A stretch of DNA of 57,308 nt, counting the filler, from Sphacelaria rigidula (Eukaryota): assembly GCA_964200075.2 (NCBI GenBank). It is 6 parts of 6 records of this genome, joined end to end, with 100 filler letters (N's around TTAATTAATTAA, not from the genome) between each part and the next. Parts side by side here need not be neighbours in the genome. Positions count along the whole stretch, not along the records: positions 28,706 to 38,173 come from CAXNAA020008426.1; positions 38,274 to 47,741 come from CAXNAA020008427.1; 4 more parts are not named here. One strand, given 5' to 3'. This document shows positions 32,450-45,713 of this stretch, one piece after another. A program made the position numbers and the translations under genes. Positions within the stretch are counted from its first letter, which is position 1; each line of letters begins with the position of its first letter. Below the pieces are notes generated by a model that made no database searches, was not told the DNA's origin, and saw only the letters and a list, made by a program, of their open reading frames with translations.

Positions 32450-34000
32450 ATCGTCAAGGGTGACAAAACACGGCCTGAAGAACGTCAAGACAGGAACATT
32501 GAACGAGAACAAAAGAAATCAAGACGGATGAATAGTAGAAACGGCCGGCCTCTCTTACATATACAGAAACCTGTAGGGTCAGCACGAACATCATCCCACG
32601 GCGAGCTTTGTTGACATGACGAGGCAACAAATCCGAAACGGCACGCAAAGATGCCTTTCCTAGAGACCTTGCGCTCGAACACACGCCAGACAGCCAGTAC
32701 ACCTTGTCACGCCAGATACGCCTGTAAGATAGTGCAGGATCTTGCAGCGGTGCCAACCCAGCATGTCGAGGCGTCACTTTCTTTTTGCAGATAGGTGGTG
32801 TTGAGTCAACACCGGGCTTTCGATTTCTTCCACAGCTGACCTCGGACGGGGCCACACACGATGATGGCCCATCCAACTCGCTCACATCTGCACAACGGCT
32901 CTACACCTCGTGCACTCTTGGTTTGCTCCGTCTGCATTGTGGAGGCGTCGAGCAGGCACCGCGGTTCGGCTTCTCACGGGGTCACCTGTACAACAAGATC
33001 CGAATCTGGGAAGAAATAAAAATGTGTTTCCCCCGTCACGCCGGGGCAAGGTACAAGGTACAAGTGAAGTAGCAGCACAAACGCTTCACTTGTGCGTGAA
33101 ACCGTGCCACGCGCTGTCTCGTCATGATCGACAAACAACGCCACGACCTCAACTTAGGGTCGCTCCTCACCGAACCAAACTGTGCTTCTCTTCTCGTCGG
33201 CGTATCGCGCACCCAGCACATACCCAAGCAGATCAGGCTACGACGGAATAACTTCCACTACCCGACACGGAGACGCCCACTCGGTCCGGCGGCCGTTTCC
33301 GATGCGAGCACTCCGATCCTGGAGCATAAAGCGACCAACTCGGGCAGCACTTACCCACTTCCGAAGGTGCGCCTACAACGCCATGCGCTTTCGACGGACT
33401 CGAGGTAGTCGCGCTTTCCACGTATAGTGCCGACCACATCGACAGATCACATCCACGCGAACAAAACGCAACGCCTAGTGCGCTACACTCGGTCTCAAGA
33501 TCGGGAACGCATCACGCAGAGTCACTTCTTCAGAGTAAGACATGCCATGTGAAACGAGACGTGACTTGACCTTGCCAGCCACGTTCCAACAGCACTCGGC
33601 ATTTCGCATCACCTCACACGTCAACAAAAACACACACACAACCAACCTTGCAGCGTCCATCAGAAACAAATACTCGTTATTTGTATCACACTGCAGCACG
33701 CAACGTACCACAGAGCATGACAGTATATGAGTCTGTGTACACACATGCGAGAAAAAATCGTCACCTACCGTAGCACAAATAACAAGGACAACTAAATATT
33801 TGTTCGCGTTCTGTTCGACAGCGAGAGAGACGAGCAGCACTGCAAGTCCCTAGGCTGTCTTAACAACTGGACCACGTGAAGGAGCGAACATCCCAGTCAA
33901 TATGTACCGCCAAGAGGGAGGGGGGAGAATATCCGTAGTAATTTACATATCCTCCCCAATCCAAGCGACATCTTGATGTTTTGTGATACATTCCCAACCC
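32450..34000 (+). pseudogene. Ty3/gypsy pol relic (RNase H and integrase)
   Basis: PQLTSDGA, NSLTSAQRLYTSCTLGLL (cf. SR.LT.AQRNY...ELE.L), CHALSR (cf. ADALSR), TTKYLFAF and NIPVNMYRQEGGGE (cf. G.P..IRSD.G.EF), in RNase H then integrase order. Confidence 0.6.
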
Positions 34001-34603
34001 AGCAACATCAACCTTGTGATGTTGCCAGATCGGGAATACATGGCATATGGATCGACATCACCTTGATATCGCACGCTTCCGAGGACACAAGCACAAAAAC
34101 AGTGCTCCCCTGCGTGAGGTGCTGAGGTAGCCAAGCGGCTAGTGTGATCAACCTCAGACACGATGCCCTTCACGAGTCAATTACAGTTATGCTATTTTCT
34201 TTCCTCACACCCAACATGTCGCAACATTTCCAGAGTTCAACATCAAGATTTGTCGCACTGATACGCGTGGCCACAACTGCAATATGCGGCACACGTCGAG
34301 AGCATGTTGTTGTTGAACCTTGGAATTGTTGAGACATGAGGGGCATGATCCCTTGTCAACTGTCGGATATACCGCATCGATACTTGTGTGCACAAGTTCG
34401 GCACACATCGAGCGTATATTGCCTATGGATTGAGGAAATGTGAGAGGATGCGGAGCGTGATTTTTTGTCACATGTGGAGGGTGATTTGTTACATGTGGCT
34501 GTGAGATGTCAGAGACGCGAGTGTAGCGTTGGGGGAACTGTGACTATGAAATGTCGGGGAATCGCGGGTGTGACCCGTTGGGAGAACTGTGGCTAGGGGA
34601 CGT

Positions 34604-34790
34604 GGAAAGAAGAGAAGAGAGAGGGAAGAAAGAAAAGACAGGGAGAGAGGGAAAGAAAGAGAAAGGGAAAGGGAAAGAAAAAGAGAAAGCGAAAGAAGGA
34701 GAAGGAGGAGGAGAGAGAAGGAGAAAGAGAGAAAGGAAGAGAAAGTGACAGAGACAGACAGAGGAGAAAATGAAGGGGAGAAAAAAGCAC
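34604..34790 (+). repeat. Purine-rich (GA/GAA/GGA) low-complexity tract
   Basis: Almost exclusively A/G over ~185 bp. Confidence 0.9.
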
Positions 34791-35639
34791 GGAGATTAAC
34801 ACTGATCGCGTCCAGGTTACACATGCGGGCAAGCCAACGACCAACGATACGCGTCGGCCCGCCGACAGCTGAAAACCCCATCAAAATAGCACCACTACGC
34901 AAGTAAGCACGAGGACCCTACATAGCCGGGGGCAGAATCGGGCTCATCAACCAAGCTTCTGTCACAGTATAATCACGGGATACATGGAAAAAACGCACGA
35001 CACAACGCTTCAACGCCACAACAGACTACAGCACGGCGTCAAGAAACGAGACTTGCTCTTACACAGCAGCTTACAGAGACAAACCCACAATCTCATACTC
35101 GACCCTCTTTGATGATACAAGTCATACTCGTCGTGTCGCGATGCCCACCGAGCTCAGCTCTTGACCACGAACAACACCGGCCTCGACTGCTCTTCCCCTC
35201 CTTTTTGACAAGACAAGGGGACGAGGCAAAGTCAGTTTCCATACCTAACACGTCGGCGCGTCACCGCCCCATCATGACGTAGGACTTCCGCCAGGCCCGA
35301 ACGATCGATGCTGTCGCGCCACGGTAGACACCAGACCAGCTGTAGGACGACAGGCAAGCAACAAAAACGCGCCGCAGCAAATGGGAAACAGCAGCGTAGT
35401 GCAAGGTTCAGGTCTGGCCATGGACGCGTCGAGCAAATTCCGCCCATGTCTCAAGGCTCCAGAACTCGCCTCACCGTCACTGAAGTCATCATAGGAACCC
35501 GATCGAAAGGATCCAGCCCCCAGAACAACGTCGCCCCCAAAACAATGAATATCACCCTACGCTGGAGCTCGCAAATATCATCAGTTATAGGTGGCCATTA
35601 TCATCATAATGGTAAGGTAACAATCTTCATGGTTTTATG

Positions 35640-36400
35640 AAAACTTTGCATGATGGTTTCAAACCATTTTCCACCATTACCGACTGTACGGGCCGCTATC
35701 GGCCACCTATGCTACATACAGCCGTCAAACATTGGCCCAAATGCAACGTATCTATTAGCTGTAGTGAAGACATGTGGCGTAAAAACGCGCCTCCGGCACG
35801 GCGCCTCCTGCGGGCCCGCCTCTACTTTAGGGAAGTGGCTTTTTGGATCGCGGCTGCGCGCATGACTAACCCCTGTGTACCATTCGACTGGTTGATGAGT
35901 GTGCCACGCGCAAGCATTCAACTGCTCGACGGCTACCGAGCTCCAACCCTTGAGACATGGTAAGAATCGAGGGACACAAACACTCAGCCCGCGGGGCCCG
36001 AGGACAAATTCCCGGTCAGGATCCGCGAGAGATCGGCGCTCGCTATTTCTGCACATGCGTCAACTTGCACCCACAGCCCATGTCTTCCAAATATTAAACC
36101 GTCCTGCAACGCCGACTCGAACATGAACCACGAGACGCCAGGTTCTCGCATCTTGACCTACACCTCACCTGTCAATCATCATGACCCAGCACCACAGTCC
36201 TACCCTCGCCAGGCCGTCATCGCCCAGTACAAAAGCAACAACTGCAAAAAGATAGAGCGGCGCAAAAAATATCACGGGCAGAGAGACAGGAGACAAGAGA
36301 ACATCGCATCACTCGAACAACATACTTTCCAACATTCGCGTCACATGCTGCAACGCCATGACTCCACGTGGCCGACATGTATTTCACATCTAGTCTTCTA
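35640..36400 (+). pseudogene. Possible Harbinger/ISL2EU-like (DDE_Tnp_4) transposase relic
   Basis: TITDCTGRY (cf. IIDCTE), LSPRG......SGSARD (cf. .P.G.....Y.GS.SD), ENIASLEQH (cf. IA..R.HVE); weak and fragmented. Confidence 0.3.
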
Positions 36401-36440
36401 CAAAACAAACATATGAAATCAAGCCGCTCTCACCGTTACA

Positions 36441-37146
36441 CTACGAACCACGCTGAGAGCGACGTGCCGTGGGCTTCTGCTCAGCGCCGGCGGCCCCCGC
36501 TCGCCCTCTAGTCGATGATGACTGCTTGCGAGTCGAAACGCTCGACGACTTGGGGGCCTCGGACGAAGTCGCTTGGCGTTGCACTCGTGTCGAGCGTCGT
36601 AGACTCTGTGCGGGAGCCTGACCTCGCCGCCTACTTCGCGGTGCCACCCTACCCGCAGCACAGCTACCGGCAGCAGGCACCGCTACTACTGGCTCGCGAT
36701 CCTTGACTCGTTGGGATCGCCTCAGGCCGATCAGCGTAGAGGACACCGTCGAAGGACCCGGAGCCTGCGCAGGTGATGGCTTACCGCCGCCTGCTGCAAC
36801 AGGGGGTGGCGTCATGTAGCTCGACACGAGAAGCAGCACCAAGAAAACCCAAAACGATACTCGCTCAATACTCGCGACAACACTCTCCGCATACTTGTCT
36901 TCGAAACAAGATCCGGAGATATCAGCACGGAATATCCGGCTTTGGTACCAGTATGGCGTGCAAGTCGTCATGAGCCGCTTGACCACTTCGCTGTACAACA
37001 GCGCCGAAGCCCTGCTGACGGCGAAGGATAGCCACTTTGCCCTGACCAGGAGCACTAACGCCCACAAAATGAAAGACCACAAATCGTCGAGGGAAATGAG
37101 GATACTGCTGTCGAAAGGCATCCTCCTCGTCTCGGAGAGAACGTCT
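36441..37146 (-). CDS. Probable terminal exon of a membrane protein (two hydrophobic segments and a low-complexity basic tail)
   Basis: 226-aa ORF extendable to an AG near 37147; high GC3; LWSFILWALVLLV and VSFWVFLVLLLVSSYM; TAG stop at 36441-36443. Confidence 0.6.
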
Positions 37147-38173
37147 CTTTGATTTTAAGCGTGAACCAAGTACCACGCGTCTGCTCGAAGCACAGCAGGT
37201 GCAAAGCAGAGCGGGGATGGCTTGATTCACTTCTGACAGGCTGGGGGGAACATGACACGTGTTTTCTGTTTTGAAAATTCGTATGGCAAAGATATGGAGG
37301 CATGTTTGTAGCTCACATTTGGAGCTTTGTGATTCGTCGAATGACCTCACTACTTGAAGTTGATGTGACGTGTCGAGTGTCATTTTACTCCCGTACAACC
37401 GTGAGGCACGTTTCGCAATCCCAAGATATATGTGTGGCGTGTGACGTTCCGATACGAGATTTATTTTGCTGCTGTAAGACCTGAAGACTTGTATTATTAC
37501 TGCAGTACTGGTGTTGTGAGAGGGGAGAAAGCAAAGATAGATGTGGTTGACTGCTGACTTATTCATTCATTGTCGCACTTTAACTGACCCCCCCAGGGGT
37601 CCAGATTGAGAGGTTCGATCCTTGTTCGAACAGCGAAGTTGAGTGAGTACGTAGTACTCGTGAACAAAAGCTGATATGATGCTCAGGCAGGGCGAGCAGA
37701 TGGCAGAGAGATATTGCCGCCAATGACACTTGAAACTCTTCTCTCGCTTATTATGCGTATGTCCAAGTTGGACGAGACGACGAGCCTTGCTGCAGCATCT
37801 ATCTTCTGCAAACTAGAGCCTAGTATCATATCAACTTTTCGAGATATTATAGTGTATCTATATATACCCCTCCCGAAAAAGGTGATATGCCATAAAAGTT
37901 GATATATTCGTAGTCATATTCATATTCCCCCATTTTTTCATATATCGCTATGAACCTGATATATTTAGGGCATATGGTATATAGGGGTATATGTATCATA
38001 TATATTCTTTCTTTCTTTTCTCTCCCCGTTGAACTCGGGGGAGCTACTTCTCACCGGTTTTGTGGCGTCGCTCTTCTGATTTTTTTTCTTTATTTTGGTA
38101 ATAATGTGTCTGGTAAGGAATAGCAGGGACGGTATTGGAAAGGCGAGCCTACGTCTGTGAACACGGGTTCGCG

Positions 38174-38273
38174 NNNNNNNNNNNNNNNNNNNNNNNNNNN
38201 NNNNNNNNNNNNNNNNNTTAATTAATTAANNNNNNNNNNNNNNNNNNNNNNNNNNNNNNNNNNNNNNNNNNNN
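38174..38273. other. Artificial contig linker
   Basis: Same N44-TTAATTAATTAA-N44 structure. Confidence 0.98.
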
Positions 38274-39599
38274 GGATGCAAGGTCAATGGTCTTGTGACT
38301 ATGGCATGCATGATCATGAGTACACCCCCCCCGCTGGTAGACTGAGGTAGACACTACACTTTTGGGGGTTCAGAATCATTCCTTTGTCACAACTCAAAAC
38401 GCCTACTCTACGGCGGAAGGGACCAGGAGTGCATAAGAGGTACATAGCTGCGTCATAGCACAGACGGTGGTGTGATTGTCGACCACCTGATTATTACGCC
38501 TCATAGTTTTGCTGTGCAACCTGCAGTGTATCGTGCCGCGGCTGCAAGTGCGGTCTGTGGCGTACTAGATCTTACAGTGTTGAACGTGCCGAGTGTACGA
38601 AGCATGCGTTTGGATATCGCACCATGACTACCGCCGCGAACGATACACTGCAGGTTNNNNNNNNNNACTTGTCTACATCTACGTGCGTCGGGTACTCGTG
38701 GCCGCCGCTCGCGAGTTGCGCCATGACGTTTTATACCAGATGGAGGTGTGGAGCTAGTACGACGCTCAGGCAGTACTGAACAGACAGACACAACAGTGTA
38801 CCGAAGATGCTCAAACACCTGCGTGTTGGTTATATAATCTATGGATGATTAGGAATGATCGAAATGGGTTATGAGGTCGTGTTTTAATCACACAGCGGTG
38901 CGGGTAGTCCGCCAGGATCACGCACACTTTTTTCAAGTATATATTGATGCCGATCCAGCAGGTGACCTACCCTCGCGGTCAAAGGGTTAAGGAAAAGAGG
39001 AAAATGATAATCATTTCGTGATAGCGATAGTGAAGTGATGGTTCACAACCTCATTATCACGAGAAATTACGCACCGTGCTAATCGAGTGTGCTAGGGTGG
39101 GAAACAAGTGATACAGAACAGGTAAAACAGCACGCGAACAGACCAGCGACTTCAAGGAGGGCGGCAATCACGCGCAAGGGGGTATGGGTGTTGTCGCAGG
39201 TCGAAACGCGGACCGCCTTCCGCACGAGAAGAAGAAGCAACAGCAGCAGTATCAGCAGCATCGTTATTGCCAGTAGCTCAGGCTACGGCGTGAAGGGTAA
39301 AAACATGAGAGAGTGCCAGAGTTGTTGTGTACCGAACTAGTCAGCAACACTACGTTTTCGTTTGCTATTTGGAACGCACGCCACCGCCTTTAATAAAATA
39401 CTGGACGGCGTTCCGTCAAACAAAGGCTGTCTTGTGTAGAAGACGAGCTAGCGCTTGAAAAATGCGCGTGGGATGTGGGCGTCTATGCGTCGGTTTTCGT
39501 GGCTCGATGTATCGACGTTGTGCTACCTCGTTGGTCTTGTCCGCAGCACTACAGAGTTTCCGGGCTAACGCTGCCTCCAGAACTGCCGCATTTTTTACC

Positions 39600-39930
39600 T
39601 GTGCACAGATCTAAGCATAACTTCTTGTTGATGAGACTCATCACTGGTCGTTATGGTGGCATCACTTCACGACCGGAGACGTGCTCACTCGACCGGAAAT
39701 CCCTACTCCTCGACGCAAGACAGCAATGCAGAGAGAATGTCGCGACACACAAGGTCTGCAACGAAGAGTGTGTCTGTTTGCTCGATCGTGAGCGGCATAC
39801 AGACGCTACCGGCGTTTGGGTACGTCGCCACAAGGTTTAATTGGGTTGTGCGAAGAGTTACAATTAAATACACATATTCACCGACGAGAAAATATGAGAC
39901 GGCGTGTTTTTAACCCCGTACACCACCTGC
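39600..39930 (+). pseudogene. Possible copia RNase H relic
   Basis: GYVATRFNWVVRRVTIKYTYSPTRKYETACF weakly resembles HI..R.H..RE.V....I...Y..T..Q.AD. Confidence 0.25.
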
Positions 39931-40992
39931 GGACATGAAGCATGAATACCACGGGACTTTAGTTCATACCAGGGGTCACGGCAGTAGACGCACTACGCGT
40001 TAGCGATTTTACCACCAACCCATCCACACGTGGTAGGTCAGCCATGCCCCATACGCGCTCGAGTATCCATAGGCCACAAATATGTGAATATGTGAACGTG
40101 TGAAGAAGAAAATATCATTTTGTAGAAAATTGAAAGATATACCGTGTACGTCGCCCTGGTACAGGCAGACTCAAGAACAGTCCGAAACACCCATTCCCAA
40201 GTCACCCACCGCGTTCAATCGCGTTTGATCATGATAACCGACCATCGCGTTCGATCATGCCTACCGAAAAAAAAGCCGCTGGAAATCACTAACCGTGCAG
40301 AAAAACAGACTGACCGGCGCACTGCGTGCAGATCTGGGTTAGCGTGATGCTGCGATAGGGTCAGCACTTTTACGACCTGAGAGTAGAATTGTTAGGAACG
40401 CTTCATCTCACCCAAAATACGACTTTCGAAATAGGTGAGAGTACGCCAGGGTTTTTCTTCCAATTTGCTAGGGATATCCCGAATGAATTTGCAAACGGGG
40501 ATATCCTGACCCATATTCTTGTGTAGTGCCTAATTTTTAGAACCCCTGAATCAGGCCGGTTTTGGTCCCAAAAGTGCAGACCCTATCGCAGCATCACTCG
40601 TTACAAGTTTCTGCATTTGAATACAGTCCGTCTTCAGGTTTCGAGCGGTCAGGACGCTGTGATTTTGCAAAAAGAGAAGCTGATGCGTACTGTGTATACA
40701 GTCCGTCTTTAGGTTCTAAAACCAGAAAACACTGCAGAACTGCCGTGTTGTCTGAGTAACTGCCGTGTTGTCTGGTGTTGAGTGTAGTACTCTGCACTTC
40801 ATATACCACTGCAGAGTTGTCTCGTGCTGAGTGACCACCCTGTACTCCAGATAATGGGGGTCATTTTTCAGCGGTTCTTGAAAATTTCTGTTTGTTTTTT
40901 GAAAAGTTCTTGAAAAGTTCTGCTCGTTCTTCTTTCACAGAAATCCAATACCGGATCTGGAATAGCCTGAGACAACAACCAATGTGAAAATT

Positions 40993-42010
40993 GGAATACT
41001 CGAGTATTTACTCTACTGAAATTTCGAGTAGATTGAGTACGGCCGCAAATACTCTACTCAAATTTTGAGTAAGCACCTCAATAATACTCGAGTATAGAAT
41101 ATCACTTAAGTATGACCTCAATACTCTACTTCAATTTTGAGTAGGTCGAGTACGGCCTCAAATACTCTTCTCAAATTTGAGCAAATTCTCTCAGTAATAC
41201 TCGAGAATAGAGTATCACTTGGGTGTTATGAGCAACCGTGACCGTCGTCGACTTCGTCACGTCACTCCACACACCATGTTGAATACGTGGGCGAACGATG
41301 GCCATCAACTAGATGAATCGTGGTACGTCACGGAGTACTTTGAATATGAGCGAATGATGACCATCAAAATACAAAAAACGTACAGGTGAATGAACCCACC
41401 TGCCCCCACCCATGGCAGTATACACTTGAAGCCTCTCAACCCCTTCGTTATCACTGTCAGTACAGAGCGGTACTAATCATCACTGAGTAATCGAGTAGAC
41501 GGGTTGTCGGGTAGGTACCATCAAAATGAGCGACTCTACTGGCCGCACATGTGACTCCTCCATGAGAGAGTCAGCGGTGGTACATCGGGTCCGGGCTCAG
41601 ATACTCTACCCAACAATCGGGTAGATTGGGTATGACCTCAAATACTCTACTCTATTCTTGGGTAGATTGAGGATGGCCCCAAATGCTCTACTCAAATTTT
41701 GAGTAGATTGGACATGACCTCAGAAAGTCTACTCAAGTTTTGAGTAGGTCGAGTACGGCCTCAAGTACTCTACTCAAAACTTGAGCAGATCGAGAACGAC
41801 CTCCAATACTCTACTCAAATATTGAGTAAGCACTCTCAGTAATACTAGAGTGTAGAGTATCACTTGGGCATAACTTTATATACTCTAGTCAATTTCTGAG
41901 TAGATTGAGTACGGCCTCAAATACTGTACTCAAAATTTGAGTACTAAGAGTATGACTATTTGAAAATACTGAGTATTGAGAATTGAGATACTCTACTCGA
42001 CCTGCCCTTG
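40993..42010. repeat. Degenerate tandem array of a ~41-bp unit with palindromic core (AAATACTCTACTCAAATTTTGAGTAGATTGAGTACGGCCTC), in two blocks 40993-41224 and 41598-42010
   Basis: More than ten recognisable units; core TACTCAAA-T-TTTGAGTA is self-complementary; ends ...CTCGACCTGCCCTTG. Confidence 0.85.
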
Positions 42011-45000
42011 CATTTTCCCTGTTTTGCTGAAACTTCAACTCGCTCTACGTTTCTTTTCCTTTTCTTTCCTCTGCGCCACTATTAGGGTTGGGCAGACTGC
42101 ACTTGGAGCGGGACAGATTCGCTTGGTGACACCCCAATCAGATCGCTGCATTTCGCTTGGGAATCGCCAGGGGAGTACTCTATAACCAAGTGTTGAGCGG
42201 TCTAACTCGTAGCGCGTTTCAGCCCAATACAGTAGTACGGTACAGTACAGGCGCCCAACCCACGGCATCAGCAGGGGTGTCGCAGCAACGCACAGCGCGT
42301 TGTTGGTCTTACCGAAGACGAAACAGACAACAAACCCATGAAGCTTCCAACAGTGTGCAGCCAGCACTGCGTGCCGACAATGTTTTCTGGAGAGACGAAC
42401 ACGACGACAATATCGCAGCTCATGCAATCCAAACCGTCTTGGCAATGCGTGAACACACCACAACAGAACAGACAGTGGAAGCTCCAACACATGAGAGAAG
42501 CTTGAGTGTTATTGCTGCGGTGCAACAGTAGTGAAACAGGACCATGTCTCATGTTTGAGTCCCCCGTCTGACTGTGGAGAGGTCTTTCAATTTTGGGTTA
42601 GTGCCGAGTTTCAACACTCGGCCATAGTCGCGCTTCTTTCAATTCACTTTGAGCTACTTATCTGCGTGTGGGAGGTTTGGCTCGTGATGCGGGCTTCGCC
42701 CGCTGATTTGATGAAGCAGATTCTGTCCCAGAACATTTTCGATTTGCCTAGCGTCGTGCGGGTTGATGATCAAAATGCCGTGTCAGAATTTCAGCGCCGA
42801 GCTCTTCGAGTTACCAATGGCATCTCCACTCTTCGTTAAAAAATCACTGTCAGCTGGCCCGGCTCGTATGAGTGCGAGACCCAGATGACCGTTCCTAGCA
42901 GTCCAGGGTTGAAGCATGCCTTGACACCATGACAGGTAGTTGGTCCTGGAGGATCAAATCATACAACATGGACCAAAGGTGCTGCAGCGACGTTACTGAA
43001 GGGCGCGACCTACGTGCAGGCGGCGTATGCCAATGAGAGCGTGCAGGTCGGGAACGCCTCCAGAGCCAATTTCGCAAGAAATGTAGGTGTGCTCAGTTTG
43101 AATTTTTCAAGCGGAGCGGATTTCGGATTCACGGCAGCCTCATCCGGATCATCGCGGACTGGTTTTGGATGCGTTCGCGACCTGCACACTCTGATATCCC
43201 ACATGCAAATAGGTCGCGCCTTACGGGAGAGGGGAGGACTCGTCGGCAAGTGACTGTCCGCTGGATGAAAACTTCACTAACGCGAGCCAAACTGCTGAGG
43301 CTCGACCCAGATTCGGCGAGGCACTACGGAATACAGTCGCATGAGACATGTGTATGAGACGACGATCTTGTTATCGGGGTGCCTGGCAATCTTTCCCTCC
43401 CTCCCACTAGGGTTACGTTCAGCTAGTTTCACGGTCAGGGCTGCAGGCTCATGTTCGACAGTAGCAGAGCATATTTGTCTCGCGTACCATGACATATGCC
43501 GAAGGCTTCACCGAACTCCGCTGAGCGCGAGATTTTGGTGTCTTTCACGTATGATGGGCTTTCCTCTCGAGCCAGCAGTGGAGGCGTAGTACAATACGAG
43601 TAAAATGCACCTCATAAACTGTTGTCATACTTCCGAGTTGTGCAGTCTCACATGAGCTGCGCAGTGTCACCGCGCGCTCCCGCATCCTCACGGGATCCTG
43701 AGGTCCCACTGTCGCCGGGGGCGCGATGAGCATCTACTGGCTGCATACCGTTGTAACATGAACAACAGCGGATGCACGTTATGGCATGACTATGCGTAGA
43801 ACCGTGTCCGATCTTCACTACCAACTTTATGGTGTACCGTTCGACTGTCCACGCATTGCCCATCGCACTTGTTGGGAGGTGCGAGACACAGCTCCCCCGC
43901 GTTTGCCTTGCTGCCGAAACGCCACAAGCGGCTGTAGGTACAAAAAAAAACGGCATTCATCGCGCAAATCAATTCACACATATCTTCGCCTTTGGTAGCT
44001 CTCACCAGTCTGTTTCCCTTTTCGTCGGTTGCGCTTCCTGCTATTTCGTTCTTCTCCGATTTCTTGATCATCCTGGAACTCCCGCTTGTGCGCGCGGAAG
44101 AAGTCACCGTGGGGTTCGGGCCTAGCATTGCGTCGGATTGGGCCCATAGCTATACCGATAGATACAAATATCACGCAGAAGACCACTATGAAGGCCCACA
44201 TCTTGGACCACCAAATAGAAGAAGCCCAGGCAGATCTATCAAACAACCTGTAGGGTACGGCAACGCAGTAGAGAACAAAGTACGGTACACTCGAGGTGTG
44301 TGGTATGGTGCATGTACGGTGTACTGCTGTAGTAAAATGTGCTGTACCCCTGCACTGTTGTACTGCCTGCAGAGTACCCGTTGTCCTGGATACCGCCGAA
44401 TACCGAGGCAAACCGTTTTTATCAGAGTTTTCACGAATCTCCAGGTTAGTTCCCCGCTGAAATATTTTCCAGTGTCGATTGCTTTCTCCTTACTTCCCCT
44501 CGCAAATCCCAAAATTTTGCGATGAATTCCTTTAGTAGGCTTGGTTCCCGCAGCTCTACAACTGCAATGCAGTCCGTACTGCCTGGTCCTGTTGTCCTGT
44601 GTCCTGTTGCACTACGGTACTGTACCGCCTTCGAGTTTCAACCGGAACTGAACAACACACCCGGGTAAACAGAACACGTGTCTCGGATTATTTTTGGCCA
44701 ATCAAAATCGACGGTATTGGAAAATGACAAATTTAACTGTTGTTCTCTTTCTTGCTTGATAAGGGTACTGGTATTTCTTACAGGGGTGTTCCCAGTCACT
44801 TGGCTGATCGAGTAAGCTCTCGCTAGGGCAGGCCCATCGTGTAGAGTAGCTGTAAAGTATACCTTCCCGAGTGGTTATCGGCGCTCCTTCGTTACAAAAT
44901 ACTCCTTCCTCCAGGGGATGGAAAAAACTCAAAGGCACGCCAAGATGGGCTCTTTGAGAACATTTGTTCTGCTGGTGGGGTGGCTGGTATGCCTTGCAAA

Positions 45001-45421
45001 CTCGGTGAGTGCGGTGAGGGTGCTAGTAACCGGTTAGAGAGATCGTGACCTGTGACTCCCTAACGACGGTATCCCGTTCTCGCACATGACATGATCTTCC
45101 GTGTGTCTGTGTTCGTGCGTCTGTGCGTGTGTGCGCGCGCGTGCGTCCATGATCTGTTTTGCTTCTCGCTGTTTTTTTCTCGTGTTCTCTACTGTGTCAA
45201 AGTGCGTGTTTCTATCTCGTGTTGGGCCACTAAAAAATAGAACGTCCCGATCTTCACAGCTAGCGTGTTTACTGTTCTCATTTGTCTGTCTTGCCAGAGT
45301 TCGGGTTGGGAGATATCGTGCAATATGCCGCACAATGGGGGGAAGGGACTTGCTGGTATGTTTCCCCAAGATGCAAAGTTATGAAGTCCTTATACCAGGG
45401 AAACAGCAGGGTGTAGCCGAC

Positions 45422-45713
45422 CTGTATCGTGTGGGCCTTGTCATGCCTTAAATCAGTCCAACCAGTAAAACTACGGGAAAATGGAAAATGGAACATCACC
45501 TTCGGTACTGCCGATCTTGTTTTCCAGGTTCCATTGTTTGGGCTGTTCGGCATGAGGACGTACACCGCGAAGCCCCCCGCCCGCTGCCCCTCCCTCCATG
45601 ATATGTTTTCTGTAGAGATGTCCATGATTTTTTGCATGTGGCTCCATGTTTCGCAGCGTTTGCCAGCGTTTGTTACTTCGTGCTCTCCACATATTCCGCT
45701 AGCTAGTGTGTAA
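45422..45713 (-). CDS. Intact-looking exon of an unidentified protein (YTLASGICGEHEV...SWREGQRAGGFAVYVLMPN...MFHFPFSRSFTGWTDLRHDKAHTIQ)
   Basis: ctccgcag| acceptor and CAG|GT donor; 292 bp with no stop; aromatic-rich, globular-like composition. Confidence 0.45.

Noticed and set aside
34489..34906. Arg/Glu-rich and Leu/Ser-rich ORFs
   Set aside because: Products of a GA-rich low-complexity tract.
40993..42010. CRISPR-like array of palindromic repeats
   Set aside because: Units are contiguous and degenerate with no unique spacers; no cas genes; eukaryotic context.
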